64,000 nucleotides of DNA. It comes from Hemiscyllium ocellatum (Eukaryota). The stretch is from positions 102,262,378 to 102,326,377 of the forward strand of contig NC_083403.1 in assembly GCF_020745735.1 (NCBI RefSeq), read 5' to 3'. Shown one piece after another: positions 46,901 through 60,735 of the stretch (position 1 is its first letter; each line of letters begins with the position of its first letter). The notes beneath the pieces were generated by a model. That model was not told where the DNA came from. It did no database searches and saw only the letters and a program-made list of their open reading frames with translations. A program made the translations under genes and the position numbers.

Positions 46901-49900
46901 AAAACTGAAGCTATCGTTATTGACAAAATACATGACATCAATACTGTCATCTTTGTTAAGGAGGATTGTTTTAATGCCTTTTCAGGTTTGCAAGTGTGTA
47001 TGTCTGGATTAGTCCATGATGCTTTGCAAAACCACCAGACATTGATATTGAATATGAAAGACCAACATGTCATTAAGTATTCCACAGTTTGTGTGCACAA
47101 GAACGGCTAAAACATGTAGAACTAACATTAGGCATACTGTAACTGAACAGCACTTGCTGTACAATCTGAAGTGTGCTAAGAATTACATTTAAAATCTAGT
47201 TTGAGGTTATTGGGCTTACGCTGTGATTTACCTACATTTCTCAGAAGTTCCATCTATTCAAATGCAAAGGCCTGCTCTCTGCAAGCAGAAAGAACATGTC
47301 CAGGCAATGTGACTTTTGAAAAAATTAAACAAGACCTGAAAGGGGCATGAGTTCCCTGGTGCATTCTCCGTGGCAGCATCTCAACCAACCACAGCCCACT
47401 TGCCAAACAGGCAGCAACCTTTCTCATCCATTATAAAATGTTGATTCTTTTGAATTTTGTCTTTCCTGTGGCTGCTCTAATGTGTGTAAAACTAAAAGTA
47501 ACAATTTATGCTATCAAGCGACTGCTCAGCAGAAATTAGAATTCAAAATGTTAACAGCCCTTTCGAACAACTTTTAGATATTTTTCATTAACCTGCTTAA
47601 ATATGTTATGACACACCTCTGGACATGGTGGAATATGAACCCAGGTCTATCTTGCCCAAGGATAGGGACACTGCCAGTACATTACAAGTGCCCTGAAGCA
47701 ACTTTTAATTGGGTGTACTTGAAAGTTGAGAGTTTAATTACATCCTTCACTGAAGGTTGGTGGAGGTAATTCTTTTTGCCTTTTAGTCTGTTTGACATTT
47801 AACAATATATTTCAGAAAGTAATAGATGGATTTCATTAAAGCTTAGTACTTGAGTATGGCCCAACGAAGAACTGATTAGATAGTTGGCAACGATGTGGAT
47901 CTGGATCTGAGAATTTTCTTAAATCTATTAATGTTGGAAGATCGAACAAATTGACTACTTTTGAATTATATGATGAAATTTATCATTGCTGTCACAATGT
48001 GAATGGATTTTTTTCAGAGCAGGTTATTGACCTGAAAACTCCAAGTGACATGGAAGCCCTTTTTCCAAAAAAAAATTTCTTTCAGTTTGCAATTACATAG
48101 CATCAGTCAGAGAGGGAAAAGCCACAAGAGAGAACTACATAATTGTAGTAACATTTGAGTAATAACATTATGATGGATGTATTATTCTACTGCGTGTCCT
48201 GCTAACTTGTTGGACTTCTAATGTTCTCATTTATTTGACCTGTAAATCAAATTTACAATGTACTGCAGTTAAACATGAATTATATATTTTTATTTCCAAC
48301 TGGTTTGAAGAGATATAATTTTTTTTAATGGACTGGACTTAAACAGTTTGTTGACATACTGGATGATGTAGAACATCCCGAAAACACATTTAAGCAGGAA
48401 CTATGATAGTGGGTTGGTCTTTGTAATCTTTATCTTCAATGAATTTGGCTTCATTCAGTATGATACTTCCTGAATGATTTAAGGGAGATAGGATCTGTTT
48501 TGAGAAGTATATACTGAGCCCTTATATTTATAACAATGTGTTTAAGATTGAATGAAAGTATTGATTGTTGAAGCCCTGAGCACTGATTGCTGATCAATTA
48601 ATCTAGAGGATTTTTTAAAGAAATCATTGAGGTTTGTTGATATTGCCTTGATATGAAGCGCAGAAGAATGCTGCTAATCCAACAGGTCTAACCATTTTCT
48701 TAGGATTGAGAATTTAAAACAAGAGGCTTTTCAGTTCCTAAGCCTGTTCCACCATGAAATTAGATAAGGCTGATTAGTATACATGCTTTAACTCTGTTTA
48801 ACTAGATTTTATCTATATTCTTTGATATCATTATCTAACATTATCTATTTTGGTCCTGATAATTTCAGTTGACCAAGCATTTACTGTATAGCCTTCTGGG
48901 AGAAGGTGTTACACGTTTCCATCCCCATCCTGATTCCACTCTTATGTGCCTGTCTCGCTTTTTAAATTAGTGTTCCTTTGTTCCCTCAACAGAAGAAAAT
49001 AACTTCTCTGTTCTTCATACACTCTCAAATTCTTCCCATCTGTAAGATCATTTGGCCATTATAAACTAATTTTTGCTTGAATTTTATATACTCTGCTTAA
49101 TTTTCCTTTGTATTTTAGCTTTTCAAAATCTCATTTTATTTTCTGTACTAATCTTCATGAATTATAGATAGTCCGTGTCCGTATAATCTCTAGTTGCAAC
49201 TGATCCTTTTTGTGCATTCTTTGCTGAACTTTCAGTTGAGTTTATCTGAGCTAGTTCCCCTTTCTGTTAAATTAAAATAGTATTTCCAGACTTTGCTTTC
49301 TTCCACCACCTACCTTCCTTTTTGTTTCAACTTTTATTACATAAATGTGTGTTGGTCAGTAGTTTCTACATGTTTTGCATCCTTACAAGTTCTACCTGCT
49401 CCATGTCATTTTCTAGGACTGGATCTGGTATTAAGTTGCTCATTCCTACATTTAAGGCACATTATCTGAAGCAGAGTTTTGGACACATTGCAGAATTGCA
49501 TTTTCCACTTACGTGACTTTTACAGGGTGTTCTGGTATAATGTGCCGGTTGGGTTACACTGCAATCGCATGCTATAGAAAATCATGCTGCAGAAGATCAC
49601 TATAGAAAACTGCTATACCTGTGCAGTAGAAAGTTTGCGTTATTCAAACAGCGTCTTCAATTCGTTAGCTGTGTTATAGCCAATTCGCATTGATAAAACG
49701 TGTGTTATACTAGAACAGCCTTTACTTGTATCTGTTTTTGGGGTAATCAGAGTTGGAAATGGCAGTTCAAGTCTAATCAATGTTGATGTTCCGAGAACGG
49801 GATGCCCTGTGTGGATATTGGAAAATCTTGTTGTATGAAATATGTGCAATTCCACAAATGTACTTCAAAGTTCCACAGGAAAGCTTACTGTACAACAAAC

Positions 49901-52900
49901 CATTGCTGCTGCAATCCATATGCGATTAAGAGGTTGTTCCCTTGTTTCTCATCTAAACAAATGATCAGGATTCGGAAATGCATGTTGATCAAATTTTCAG
50001 CAAATCCTTGTAGAACAGTGAAGGAATTGAGAGAATCTAAACTGTTTGCATGTGAGCAGACCAATGGTAAATGGAATTCAACTTAGTTTACTGTAAGCTT
50101 TATAGGAGAAAGTGAGGACTGCAGATGCTGAAGATCAGAGTCGTGAGTGTGGTGCTGGAAAAGAACAACAGGTCAGGCAGCATCCAAGGACTAGGGGAAT
50201 CGATGTTTCAGGACATGGAGGTCCTGGGCCTCCTTCACCACCGCTCCCTCACCATTAGACGCCTGGGGGAAGAAGGCCTCATCTCCCGCCTTGGAACACT
50301 TCAACCCCAGGGCATCAATGTGGACTTCAACAGTTTGCTCATTTCCCCTTCCCCCACCTCACCCTAGTTCCAAACTTCCAGCTCAGCACTGTCGCCATGA
50401 CTCGTCCGGACTTGTCCTACCTGCCTATCTCCTTTTCTACCTATCTGCTCCACCTTCTCCTCCCTGACCAATCACCTTCATCCCCTCCCCCACTCACCCA
50501 TTGTACTCTATGCTACTTTCTCCCCACCCCCACCCTCCTCTAGCTGATCTCTTCACACTTCAGGTTCTCTGCCTTTATTCCTGATGAAGGGCTTTTGCCC
50601 GAAACGTTGATTTCGCTGCTCCTTGGATGCTGCCTGAACTGCTGTGCTCTTCCAGCACCACTAAACCAGAATATAAAAGCAACAGTTCATGCAACGTTAT
50701 GGTACAGAAGGAGGCCTTTCACCCAATCAGGTCTATGCTGATTCTCTGCAGTGGAGTCCTTTTGGTCTCATCACATTTCTCTGTTCCCATAGCTGCCATA
50801 GTTTATTTCCCTTGGGTTTCTATCGTATGTCCCTTTCAAATCATTGATCATCTATGCTTCCATCATCCTTGTAGGCAGCGTGTTCATGTTGATTATCACT
50901 CACAGCATTAGAAACCTATTCTTCTAATCAGCATGCACCTCTTGCCCAAAGTCTTAAATTGCTGATCCCTGGTCTTTGTTAATTGCTGTTCCTTTATCGA
51001 CCTTATCTAAGTTTATCTCAATCTTGGAAATCTATCAAATCTCTTTTCAATCTCCTTTGCTCTGAGGAGAACAGCCACAACTTCTCTAACCTAACATTGT
51101 TGATAAAATCCCTTGTTCCTGGAACTATTTTGATAAATCTCTGTGGCCTCTCAAGGACCCTCATATCGTTCTGAAATTTGTGGCAATTGGAGCTAGTGCT
51201 CTAGTTGTGGCCTAACTAGAGTTTTATAAAAGATTAAGCATGACTGCTCTACTTCTCAACCTTTATTTATGAAGCCCAAGATTCCACACCTAAATCCTTG
51301 AACTATGACCTGCCATCTTGAAACATTTATGTGCTGGAACCCAGGTCAGAGAGAGGAGAGATTAATGCTATGTTCTTGGCATATATCTCATGTATTCACT
51401 AGAATTTAGACAAATAGGAACAAAAAGGTGAATTGAATGCTGGACTGATATGACAACATAAACCCAAGACTATCAATGCTGACAACATATTCTGCTGTAG
51501 TTAGTGTTCAATTCTAATTACTGGACCACAAGGATAAACCTGATTTCTAAAAGTCGTGCATATCAGAAAAATGAGAGTAATCGCTACTATGAGATCTAAG
51601 TTGTAAAGTAGATTAGATCTTCAATTTGGGAAATGAGTTGCAAGAAAGTTGATAAAGCTATTGATTTCCATTGAAGATTGATATACATGGTCAAATGGCC
51701 TGTCTCGCATGCGTTGTAGCTCTTTATGTATTATTTTTGTAATAGCTCAAATTAAAATACACAAACCACATTTTTTGTAGGAAGCTGAGGAGCCCTGATA
51801 CTGTAAAGTTCATTTAAAAAAAAGTGGAAATTTGGAAATGTATTCATCACCTAGAGATGATACAAACTGAATAGTTGGATCATTGTTGGAAGGGCAAATT
51901 CCCTTTTTTAAAAAATCATTCGAGGGAATCTTGTTTATTATTGATTGTGTCTTAATATGTAAACATTTTGTGTTTCTTAAATTTCTAGAAATGCTTTCTT
52001 GGATCAATTTATAAAATCACTCGTGACATGAAACATTTACTGTTTTTGGATTAAATGTCTGCTTCAATTCACTTCATTTATTTCTAGGACATGGTAGTTC
52101 GAGCTCTCAAGCAGACCAACAGTCGCAGTATAGAGGCTGCAATTGAATACATCAGTAAGATGAGCTATCAGGATACACGGCGAGAACAGATGGTTGCTGC
52201 AGCTGCAAGACCAGTGAATGCAAGTGTGAAAACATCAGGTATATGTTGCTATAATATTATGTCACTTTTAGCTCTTTCAGTGCTAAGATATATGTCATGC
52301 CTCTGTCCTTGGTTTCTTTCTTATTGTGGTAGCAGCATCTTTTAACATATCCAATTTTTGGCAGTTTTATGGGGACACAATTTATGTTTGCATTTACGCC
52401 ACTTGATTAAATATTTTTCTTTGTGTTATTATAATGTTTACTTGATGATTCGACTGCTTTGGGTTTCAGCAGTGCCTTTGACGTTTATTATTCTGTGGTA
52501 TTGAAGCAGAGCAGTTCACTTTCATACTTGGTCCTGTGAATTTGTATAGATCAGGTTGGCATCAGCCATCTTGTGAGAAGCTCAGTTTGTCTTGTACAGT
52601 ATTTTGAAATACAGCATTAACATTAGTCAACTTGGCTTTGGTGTTTTTAATGTATTTGTACTTGACTGGACCCTTGTCTACAAGATTCAGACCAACTAGT
52701 TAGAAATAATGTTCACTTGTTTTCTCTATAAGAGTGGGACTGAATGTGCAAAATATCGAAATGTATATTGACTGATTGTGATCTAAAATGATTCAATCCA
52801 GCACTTGAACATAAACGTGTTCTACTGTTGTGAAATCTTTATTCACCTTCCCACTTTGGCGTGTGTCATATGCATTTATATTAATGAAACCCTGCTAGGT

Positions 52901-55900
52901 TTGGGTAGGTCTAAGCATATAGGAAATTGTGATGGTCAATCCTTTCTTAATGTGCAACAAATGTACATCCTGTATTGGAACAAAGTTTGTTTATCTGAAG
53001 GTGGTGGAGCCATGCTGTAGATCATTCAGATGTTGTGGAGAGGGTTTGCAGGTATAACTGTTTAACAAGATAAATTTCATATTTAGTCCAGTTTACTTCA
53101 CTTCAGCAATCTGTTTTAAGAAGATATTTATTTCAGAATATATTTTTAAATACATCTATTGGGCTGGCTGACTAATTTTTTTTTTAATCAGGACATTAAG
53201 TAGTGAAATTGGTTAGCACAATTGCATTACCTGGTTTAATTGTTTCAATTTTACCTCCTGTTTGAAGGCTTCCCCATTGCCTGTACCTCTGGTAGCTCAG
53301 TACAAAAACTGTATGCTGTTAAGTTCAAAGTCTGTTTCCTGTTGTGCGCACAGCCGCCATACTAAACTGCTGGTGATCAGTATATTGGGTGGAGTTAGGA
53401 ATGTTGATTTTGCAGAGAATGGTTTGATGATCGGTAAACAGAACGTAATGCCATGAGTGAGCCATTATGCTGTTTTGTTGATTTTGTATTTTAATTCATT
53501 CTAACAGTCCTAGTTCTGCAACCTGAGTATGTTTGGCTATCAATCATGGCTATCAGTCCTACTTTTGAAATTTCAAATAATCTGCTCTGTATTTCCAATG
53601 AATATTTCCAGCATTTGCAGTTTTAAAACTTAATTCACATCTAAAATTTAAAAATCACACAACACCAGGTTATAGTCCAACAGGTTTATTTGGAAGGAGA
53701 AAGTGAGGACTGCAGATGCAGGAGGTCAGGGTTGAGTGTGTGTTGCTGGAAAAGCACTGTAGGTCAGGCACTATCTGAGGAGCAGAAGAATCAAAATTTT
53801 GGGCATAAGCCCTTCATCAGGTTTATTTGGAAGTACAAGCTTTTAAAGCGCTACTCCTTAGGTAGCTAGTGGGGCAGGATCATCGGAGCATCCATGGAGA
53901 GAAAACAAGTTAACGTTTCGAGTTGAGATAACTTTTCATCAGAGGTGAAGAGAAATGTGGATGTGGCAGTATTTACACAATTATAGGGGGAGGGTGCATT
54001 ATTAGAGGGGTTAGACTGCTGAGGATGAAATGATCTTGATAGTTCAGATTTTGAAGTGATTGGAATGTGAGAATGGCAGATCAATAGTGCCAGACTAGGA
54101 AGAACAGACAGTCCCACTGGAGTGGGAGAGGGAGAGAAGGTGACAGAGAATGTAACAAGCAAAGGTAAAAGAAAGGGAGGCAATAGATTCACAATTTGAA
54201 GGTGTTTATCTCAATATTGAGCCCAATAGGTTGTAAACTGTCTAGTTTGAAGATGAGATGTTGCACCTCTAGTTTGCGCTGTGATTCACTGGAGCATTGC
54301 AGCATGCAGAGGATAGACAAGTGGGCGTGTGAGTAAGACACTGTTAAAATAACTGGCTATGTAAAAATTTTGGGTCATGCTTGCACGCGCACTTGGAGGT
54401 GTTCTGCAAAGTGGTCACCCATTCTGCGTTTTGTTTCTCCAATGTACAGTAGGCCACATTGGGTGCTGCAAATACAATACACAAGATTGGAGGATGTACA
54501 GGTGAAATGCTGTTTCGCTTGGAAAGATTGTTAAGGGCTTTGGATGGTGAGCAGGGAGGAGATGAAAGGGGCAGGTGTTGCACCTTCTGCAGTTCCATGG
54601 GAAGGAGGTTGGTGTTGGTGGTTGAGGAATGGATTAGGGTGTCCTGGACAAATTTGGATGTGGAATTTCGCAGTGAAGGATTTTAACGTCAGTAGTAGGG
54701 CATGGAAATTGGGTATAGTCTCGGCCAGAAATGGAGGAATGCAGAGATTTTGAGGATTGCACAATTGAAAATTGTGTAAATGGGAAAAGTGAGGCCATGG
54801 AACGATTTAAATCAAACATGAAATATTCCAGATACATAGTTTTAGATAGTGTCACTGGATTGCCTGAATTTAATATTTTCCAGTTACGAAGCTCCATGGT
54901 ACAATCTATTGAAAATTAAATATGAGAAATGTGTTACCATATCGTGAAGTTAACCGAGAGTTTAATATAGGAAGATCAATAATATGTACATTTGTAGTAC
55001 ACCACAAAATGTAATGTACTCTAACAAAACTATATCTTGTTTGTGTCGCTGATATTATTTTATACTAGTATCATTTTATTTTTCTCATCTTCCTGAACAG
55101 CACCCAGCACGGTTCAGCAAACAATTAACCGGAGGCCAAGCTGGAAGGGCTCAAAAGAATCTTTAGCTGCACAACGACATGGTCCATCGTTGATGGATGG
55201 CGTGGGATATCGAGCAGACAGCCCGGTCTCCCAGATAGAAATGGGTCGGCCATTGTCATCAAGTTCAGGAATGACTACATATACACAGAGTCATCCAGGT
55301 AATGGACAAGTGCCTTTGGGAGCAGTGAACACTCAGAGAGCGAACCCTCAACCACCACTCCCAGTGAGGAGTGTAACTCCTCCACCACCTCCACCCAGAG
55401 GACAGACTCCACCCCCACGTGGCACCACTCCTCCCCCACCCTCTTGGGAGGGGAGCCAGCAGCCAAAACGGTTCTCTGGCAATATGGAATACATGATTAC
55501 ACGAATATCTCCTGTGCCGCAAGCAGCCTGGCAGGATGGGTTCCCACCAGCCAACCTGAATGCTGCCTCTATGATGAATCCACAGCCCCAAGGCCAAAGA
55601 GGAATTAGTCCTATTCCACTCGGTAGGCAACCTATTATCATGCAAAATGCCGCTTGTAACAAATACAACTACTCAGCAGGCCGAACAGGCCACCAGAATG
55701 GATCAGCACCACCTGATGGATCTATAGGTGGACACTTTGTGCCACACACAACTGTTATGGGAGGAAGCGCGGTGAGTCGTCAGCCACCTCCATACCCTCA
55801 CACTCAGTCTAGCAGACTAAGCCCCAGTGCCCTCCAAATGCAAGCTGGTGGGGCTGCTGCTACCACTTACAATAGTAACTTGAATGGAAGCGTGTCACAG

Positions 55901-58900
55901 TCTGTCATGGTGTCAAACCGAAACAGCCAGAACATGGATCTTTATAACATCGGTGCACCTACAATTACATCTTCATGGCCACAGCCACCTCCACCTCAGC
56001 CCCAGTCTTCAGGTGGTGGGCAGGAGATGGCTAACTGGCATCCTTCTCAAAATCTGAATGCACCTGTACGGTCCAATTCCTTCAACAATCACCTTCTGTC
56101 CAGCCGGCAGCCTCATTCCAACTCTCAGCCATCTGTCACCACGGTGACTGCCATTACACCTGCCCCCATTCTACAGCCTGTGAAGAGCATCCGTGTACAG
56201 AAACCTGAGCTTCAGACAGCGCTTGCGCCTACTCACCCTCCCTGGATGCAGCAAACAGGACCTGTTCCCGAGTGTTCCACTCTCACTGAAGCTCCGAGTT
56301 ATCAGCCTCCACCTCCACCATATCCCAAGCATTTGCTTCAGCAAAACCAGTCTGCTTCACTGTATGATTCTGTAGCCAAGGTCAACAAAGATGAGCACCC
56401 AGCAAAACAGGTGGCTCAGAATGCTGAAGAGGATGAGCATGATAAGGCTACCGAGTATGGGGAACGGTTTGATGCTACAGAGAAGGAAAAAAAACTAATT
56501 ACAACATCACCTGTCCCAGTGCGAAAAAACAAAAAGGATGAGGAACGCAGAGAGTCACGAATTCAGATATACTCCTCACAAGCCTTCAAATTCTTCATGG
56601 AGCAGCATGTGGAGAATGTGCTCAAGTCTCATCAGCAGAGGTTGCATCGCAAAAAACAGCTGGAGAATGAAATGTCAAGGGTAAGCTTCTCTCTGTAAGG
56701 CACTTCATCTGCATCAAGCATTCTTCAGTTAGGCCTGACCTATTTCTTTTGTTTGCCATTGTTATAAGCAACTGTGAAGATAGAAATGATGAGACTGGTC
56801 ACATTTTCACACTTTTCCTTCTTGCTTTCTATGAAGCATGCCTCTAGTTAAAACATATTGTTGGCAGGTAAATAGTTTCAGGCCTGAAAAGCTGATTCGG
56901 GCAGACTGTTGCAACTTACCCTTGAAATTTATCATCACCTAAAGAAAATTGTCTAATTATCTTCTGTGACATGAGCCTACCAACTAGCAAAGACTAGTGG
57001 CTCCATTTTTGTGCCCTTTTCACGGTGCCAGTACTTCCTTTGTGGTTTCTATTTTCATATTTGCTTAGTTTCAAGCACCTGTAAGGTTTCTTCCCAATGG
57101 TATTTCTAATGATATTTTGTGCTTACATTCTCTATTAGTGTTGCTTAAAGAAAATTGGAATACTGTATTTGCTAACAATGACATTCTCCTAAAATCTGTC
57201 CTGGCTCCTTTTACCCATCCTATTTCAATCCCTGTTCGCAAATGTCCATTTTGTGATGCTGTTCTCTCATGGTTTAATGCTATTTGATACTATATTTCCT
57301 CTAGTAGTTGCTCCTGTATCCTTTTGATCCCCAAAATACTTTGAGTTGCATCCTTTGTCCACTCCTCAGAGATGTCTTTGCGTGTGGCATCCACCGCTTC
57401 TCTACACATCACTGTTGACACTTTCATCAACTATCTATCTCATACAAAAATGTAGATTAGTCCAGTTCAATAGCATTAAATTCAGAGTAGCCATCTGAGC
57501 TCTCACCAACTTCTTGAGCTCTGCAAGCACCATTCCAAATGTGGTTGATGGGTCTGGCAACTATTTACAGTTGTCATCATTCAATCTTGTCACTTTATCC
57601 ACATACCTATAACTATAAAAATCAACTACAACTCTAAAGCACTCCCTGCAGGGTTGTTGGAAGTGGATTTAATTATTACATTGGAAAGGGAATTGAATAT
57701 ATATTTGAGAAAAGACAAGTTTGTCGGGCTGCATAGAAAGTGTAAGGAGTGAGACAAATTTAAGATTTCTTCAAACAGCTACAGCAGACCTGATGGCCCG
57801 ATATGCCTACTTTGCTGTAAAATTCTCTTTTAACTCCATTCTGTTTTGGCAGTAATGGATGAATTTTTTTTTAGCAGATGTGTCCTGTAGCTGGGATCAT
57901 CTTGCTTATTTCTTGGAGTTGCAGTGTTGTGTGGAGGATGTATATTGGTGAATAAAAGTTGATCTTGTAGTTTGTCATTTTTCCACACTACCTGTTCCAA
58001 AGGTTGTACCTTCAGACCTTGCAGGTTGTACATGTTGGTGTTTCATTCTTCTTCATTCTTCTTTGTATGGAGCCGCAGGACATCGGGGAGATACTACACA
58101 AGTGTTTTGCATCAGTATTTACTGTGGAAAAGGACATGGAAGATATAGAATGTAGGGAAATAGATGGTGACATCTTGAAAAATGTCCATATTACAAAGGG
58201 GGAAGTGCTGGCTGTCTTGTAATGCATAAAAGTGGATAAATCCCCTGATCAGGTGTACCTTAGAACTCTGTGGGAAGCTTGGGAAGTGATTATTGGGCCT
58301 CTTACTATCGATAGTCACAGGTGAGGTGCCAGAAGACTGGAAATTGGCTAACGTGGTGCCACTGTTTAAGAAAGGTGGTAAGGACAAGCCAGGGAACTAT
58401 AGACCAGTGAGCCTGACATCGGTGATGGGCCAGTTATTGGAGGGAATCTTGAGGGACAGGATGACATACATTTGGAAAGGCAAGGACTGATTCGGGATAG
58501 TCAACATGGCTTTGTGTGTGGGAAATCATGTCTCACAAACTTGATTGAGTTTTTTGCAGAAGTAACAAAGGATCGATGAGGGCAGAGCAGTTGACATGAT
58601 TTTTATGGATTTCAGTAAGGCGTTCAACAAGGTTCCCCACGGGATACTGGTGAGCAAGATTAGATCTCATGGAATACTGGGAGAACTAGCCATTTGGATA
58701 CAGAACTGGCTGAAAGGTAGAAGACAGAGGGTAGTAATGGAGGGCTATTTTTCAGACTGAAGGTCTTGACCAGTGGAGTGCCACAAGGATCAGTGCTGCG
58801 TCACTACTTTTCATCATTTATGTAAATGATTTAGATAGAAGCATAAGAGGTTAGTCAGTTTGCAGATGACACCAAAATTGGACGTGTAGTGGACAGCGAA

Positions 58901-60735
58901 GAAAGCATTTGGGATGCTTTCCTTTATTGGTCCAAGTGTTGAGTACAGGAGTTGGGAGTACAGGACATTGGTTCGGCCACTGTTGAAATATTGCATGCAA
59001 TTCTGGTCTCCTTTCTATCAGAAAGATGTTGTAAAACTTGAAAGGGTTCTGAAAAGATTTACAAGGATGTTGCCATGCTTGGGGGATTTGAGCTATAGGG
59101 AGAGGTTGAATAGGGTAGGACTGTTTTCCCTGGAGAGTCGGAGGCTGAGGGGGGGTAACCTTATAGAGGTTTATAAAATCATGAGAGACGTGGATAGGAT
59201 AAATGGGCAAAGTCTTTTCCCTGGGTTGGGGGAGTCCAGAACTATAGGGCATAGGTTTAGAGTGAGAGGGGAAAGATATAAAAGAGATCTAAGGGGCAAC
59301 TTTTTCATGCAGAGGGTGGTATGTGTGTGGAATGAGCTGCCAGAGGAAATGCTGAGGGAAGTACAATTGCAATATTTAAAAGGCCTCTGGATGGGTATAT
59401 GAATAGAAGGGTTTGGAGCGAAATGGGCCAGGTGCTGGCAGGTGGGATTAGATTGGGTTGGGATATCTGGTTGGCATGGATGAGTTGGACCGAAGGGTCT
59501 GTTTCCGTGCTGTACATCTCTATGACTCTCTGTTACCGCCATTAGTTATGTGTGCTATCTTATGCATATTAATTGCGATCTAGGAGTGTGCTGACAATCT
59601 TGAACAGGATGACTTCTGAATAGTTTCACAGCCCACATTAGTTCCAAGCACATGGGTAGTGCATCTTCAAATAATAAAGACATGACTAAGGATTCATACT
59701 TGTTGCATCTCTAATTAGATCCTCATTTTATAGTGTGATTGAGATGCAATTTGTTCAGTTTGGGATATGTAACAGCTCATATTTAACTCTGTTAAATAGT
59801 GCATGGAGAATTAAATAATATATTGATCATTTAAATGTGTTATTCTAAATGGTATCATCCTTGATTCAATGACAACATATTAGTCTGAATGTAACTGAAA
59901 GTGATGACAAGTTTGCATAATTGGTTTCCATTTTATATAGGCATAGGAACTCATAATGAAAATATAGAATTAAATATATAAGTAAATGAATTGTTAAATA
60001 GGCGTTGAACTGTCAGTAAGCACTGGCAACTTGCTTCATCTGAAGACAACAGTTGTCTTGTACAGCATTCAGGAAATTATTTCAAGATTATTTAACAGCT
60101 GTTCTTGAAGAATTTCAGTTTGAAAATTTTAACTCTGTTTGTTTATTTGTAGGTTGGATTGTCAAAAGATGCCCAGGATCAGATGCGCAAAATGTTGTGC
60201 CAAAAAGAGTCCAATTATATCCGCCTAAAGAGGGCAAAGATGGATAAGTCTATGTTTGTGAAGATTAAGACCCTGGGAATAGGTGCATTTGGGGAAGTCT
60301 GTCTTGCTCGGAAAGTAGATACCAATGCATTATATGCTATGAAAACACTGAGGAAAAAAGATGTGTTGCTGCGAAACCAAGTTGCTCATGTCAAAGCTGA
60401 ACGGGATATCTTGGCAGAAGCTGACAATGAGTGGGTAGTTCGACTCTATTATTCATTCCAAGACCGAGACAACCTTTATTTTGTGATGGACTACATTCCA
60501 GGAGGAGACATGATGAGTCTCCTGATCAGAATGGGCATCTTTCCAGAACCTCTGGCACAATTCTACATTGCTGAACTGACCTGTGCTGTGGAAAGTGTTC
60601 ACAAAATGGGCTTCATTCATAGGGATATTAAACCAGATAATATTCTGATAGACAGAGATGGACATATAAAACTAACTGACTTTGGGCTGTGTACTGGTTT
60701 TCGATGGACCCACGATTCCAAGTATTACCAAAGTG
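40616..60735 (+). CDS. LATS1: Serine/threonine kinase LATS1 (Hippo pathway), 5' part; remaining exons lie beyond the window
   Basis: The N-terminus [23 protein letters not shown] is LATS1-type. The sequence also shows a UBA-like segment, two PPxY motifs, a MOB-binding region and the NDR/LATS kinase motifs [16 protein letters not shown] and DFG. Four exons join in frame, and the gene is adjacent to NUP43 as in other vertebrates. Confidence 0.96.
41520..42965 (-). mobile_element. CR1/HER1-type LINE 3' fragment with tail
   Basis: [13 protein letters not shown]...[12 protein letters not shown]; CR1-like 3' end at 41521-41560. Confidence 0.88.
45450..46690. mobile_element. Penelope-like element with inverted arms and 15-bp target-site duplication
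   Basis: CAATTCATGTAGAGA at 45435-45449 and 46691-46705; GIY-YIG remnant [20 protein letters not shown]; hammerhead variants at about 45545-45580 (-) and 46606-46636 (+). Confidence 0.9.
49521..49724. mobile_element. MITE (Tc1/pogo/Tigger-like)
   Basis: Imperfect TIRs TA-cagggtgttctggtataa / ttatactagaacagcctt-TA, about 200 bp. Confidence 0.6.
50105..50662. mobile_element. Short PLE insertion with inverted 5' terminal-repeat fragment
   Basis: Minus terminal repeat 50105-50210 breaks inside its hammerhead, then plus-strand 3' end with intact hammerhead core. Confidence 0.82.
50577..50612 (+). ncRNA. PLE-associated hammerhead motif, sense in a LATS1 intron
   Basis: AUUC-CUGAUGA-A-GGGC-UUUU-GCCC-GAAA-CGUU/GAUU. 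Confidence 0.7.
52088..52238 (+). CDS. LATS1: LATS1 second coding exon (UBA region)
   Basis: acceptor tttctag|, [29 protein letters not shown]..., donor G|gtatat; 151 nt. Confidence 0.95.
53650..54620 (-). mobile_element. Nested cluster of three PLE-family fragments
   Basis: A roughly 120-bp terminal fragment is flanked by CAGGTTTATTTGGAAG (53681-53696, 53818-53833). A third family carries a hammerhead at 53908-53945 and a GIY-YIG remnant at about 54410-54520. Confidence 0.75.
55101..56680 (+). CDS. LATS1: LATS1 large third coding exon (Pro/Gln-rich, PPxY motifs)
   Basis: acceptor cctgaacag|; [47 protein letters not shown]; donor AGG|gtaagc; 1580 nt. Confidence 0.95.
58062..59530 (+). mobile_element. 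CR1/HER1-type LINE 3' fragment with internal deletion
   Basis: [33 protein letters not shown]; [18 protein letters not shown]; CR1 tail ctgtacatctctatgactct. Confidence 0.92.
60153..60735 (+). CDS. LATS1: LATS1 fourth coding exon (MOB-binding region and kinase N-terminal half)
   Basis: acceptor ttgtag|; [46 protein letters not shown]; donor G|gtaagt; 583 nt. Confidence 0.97.

Noticed and set aside
55265-55668. Minus-strand ORFs opposite the large LATS1 exon
   Set aside because: Antisense frames of Pro-rich coding sequence.
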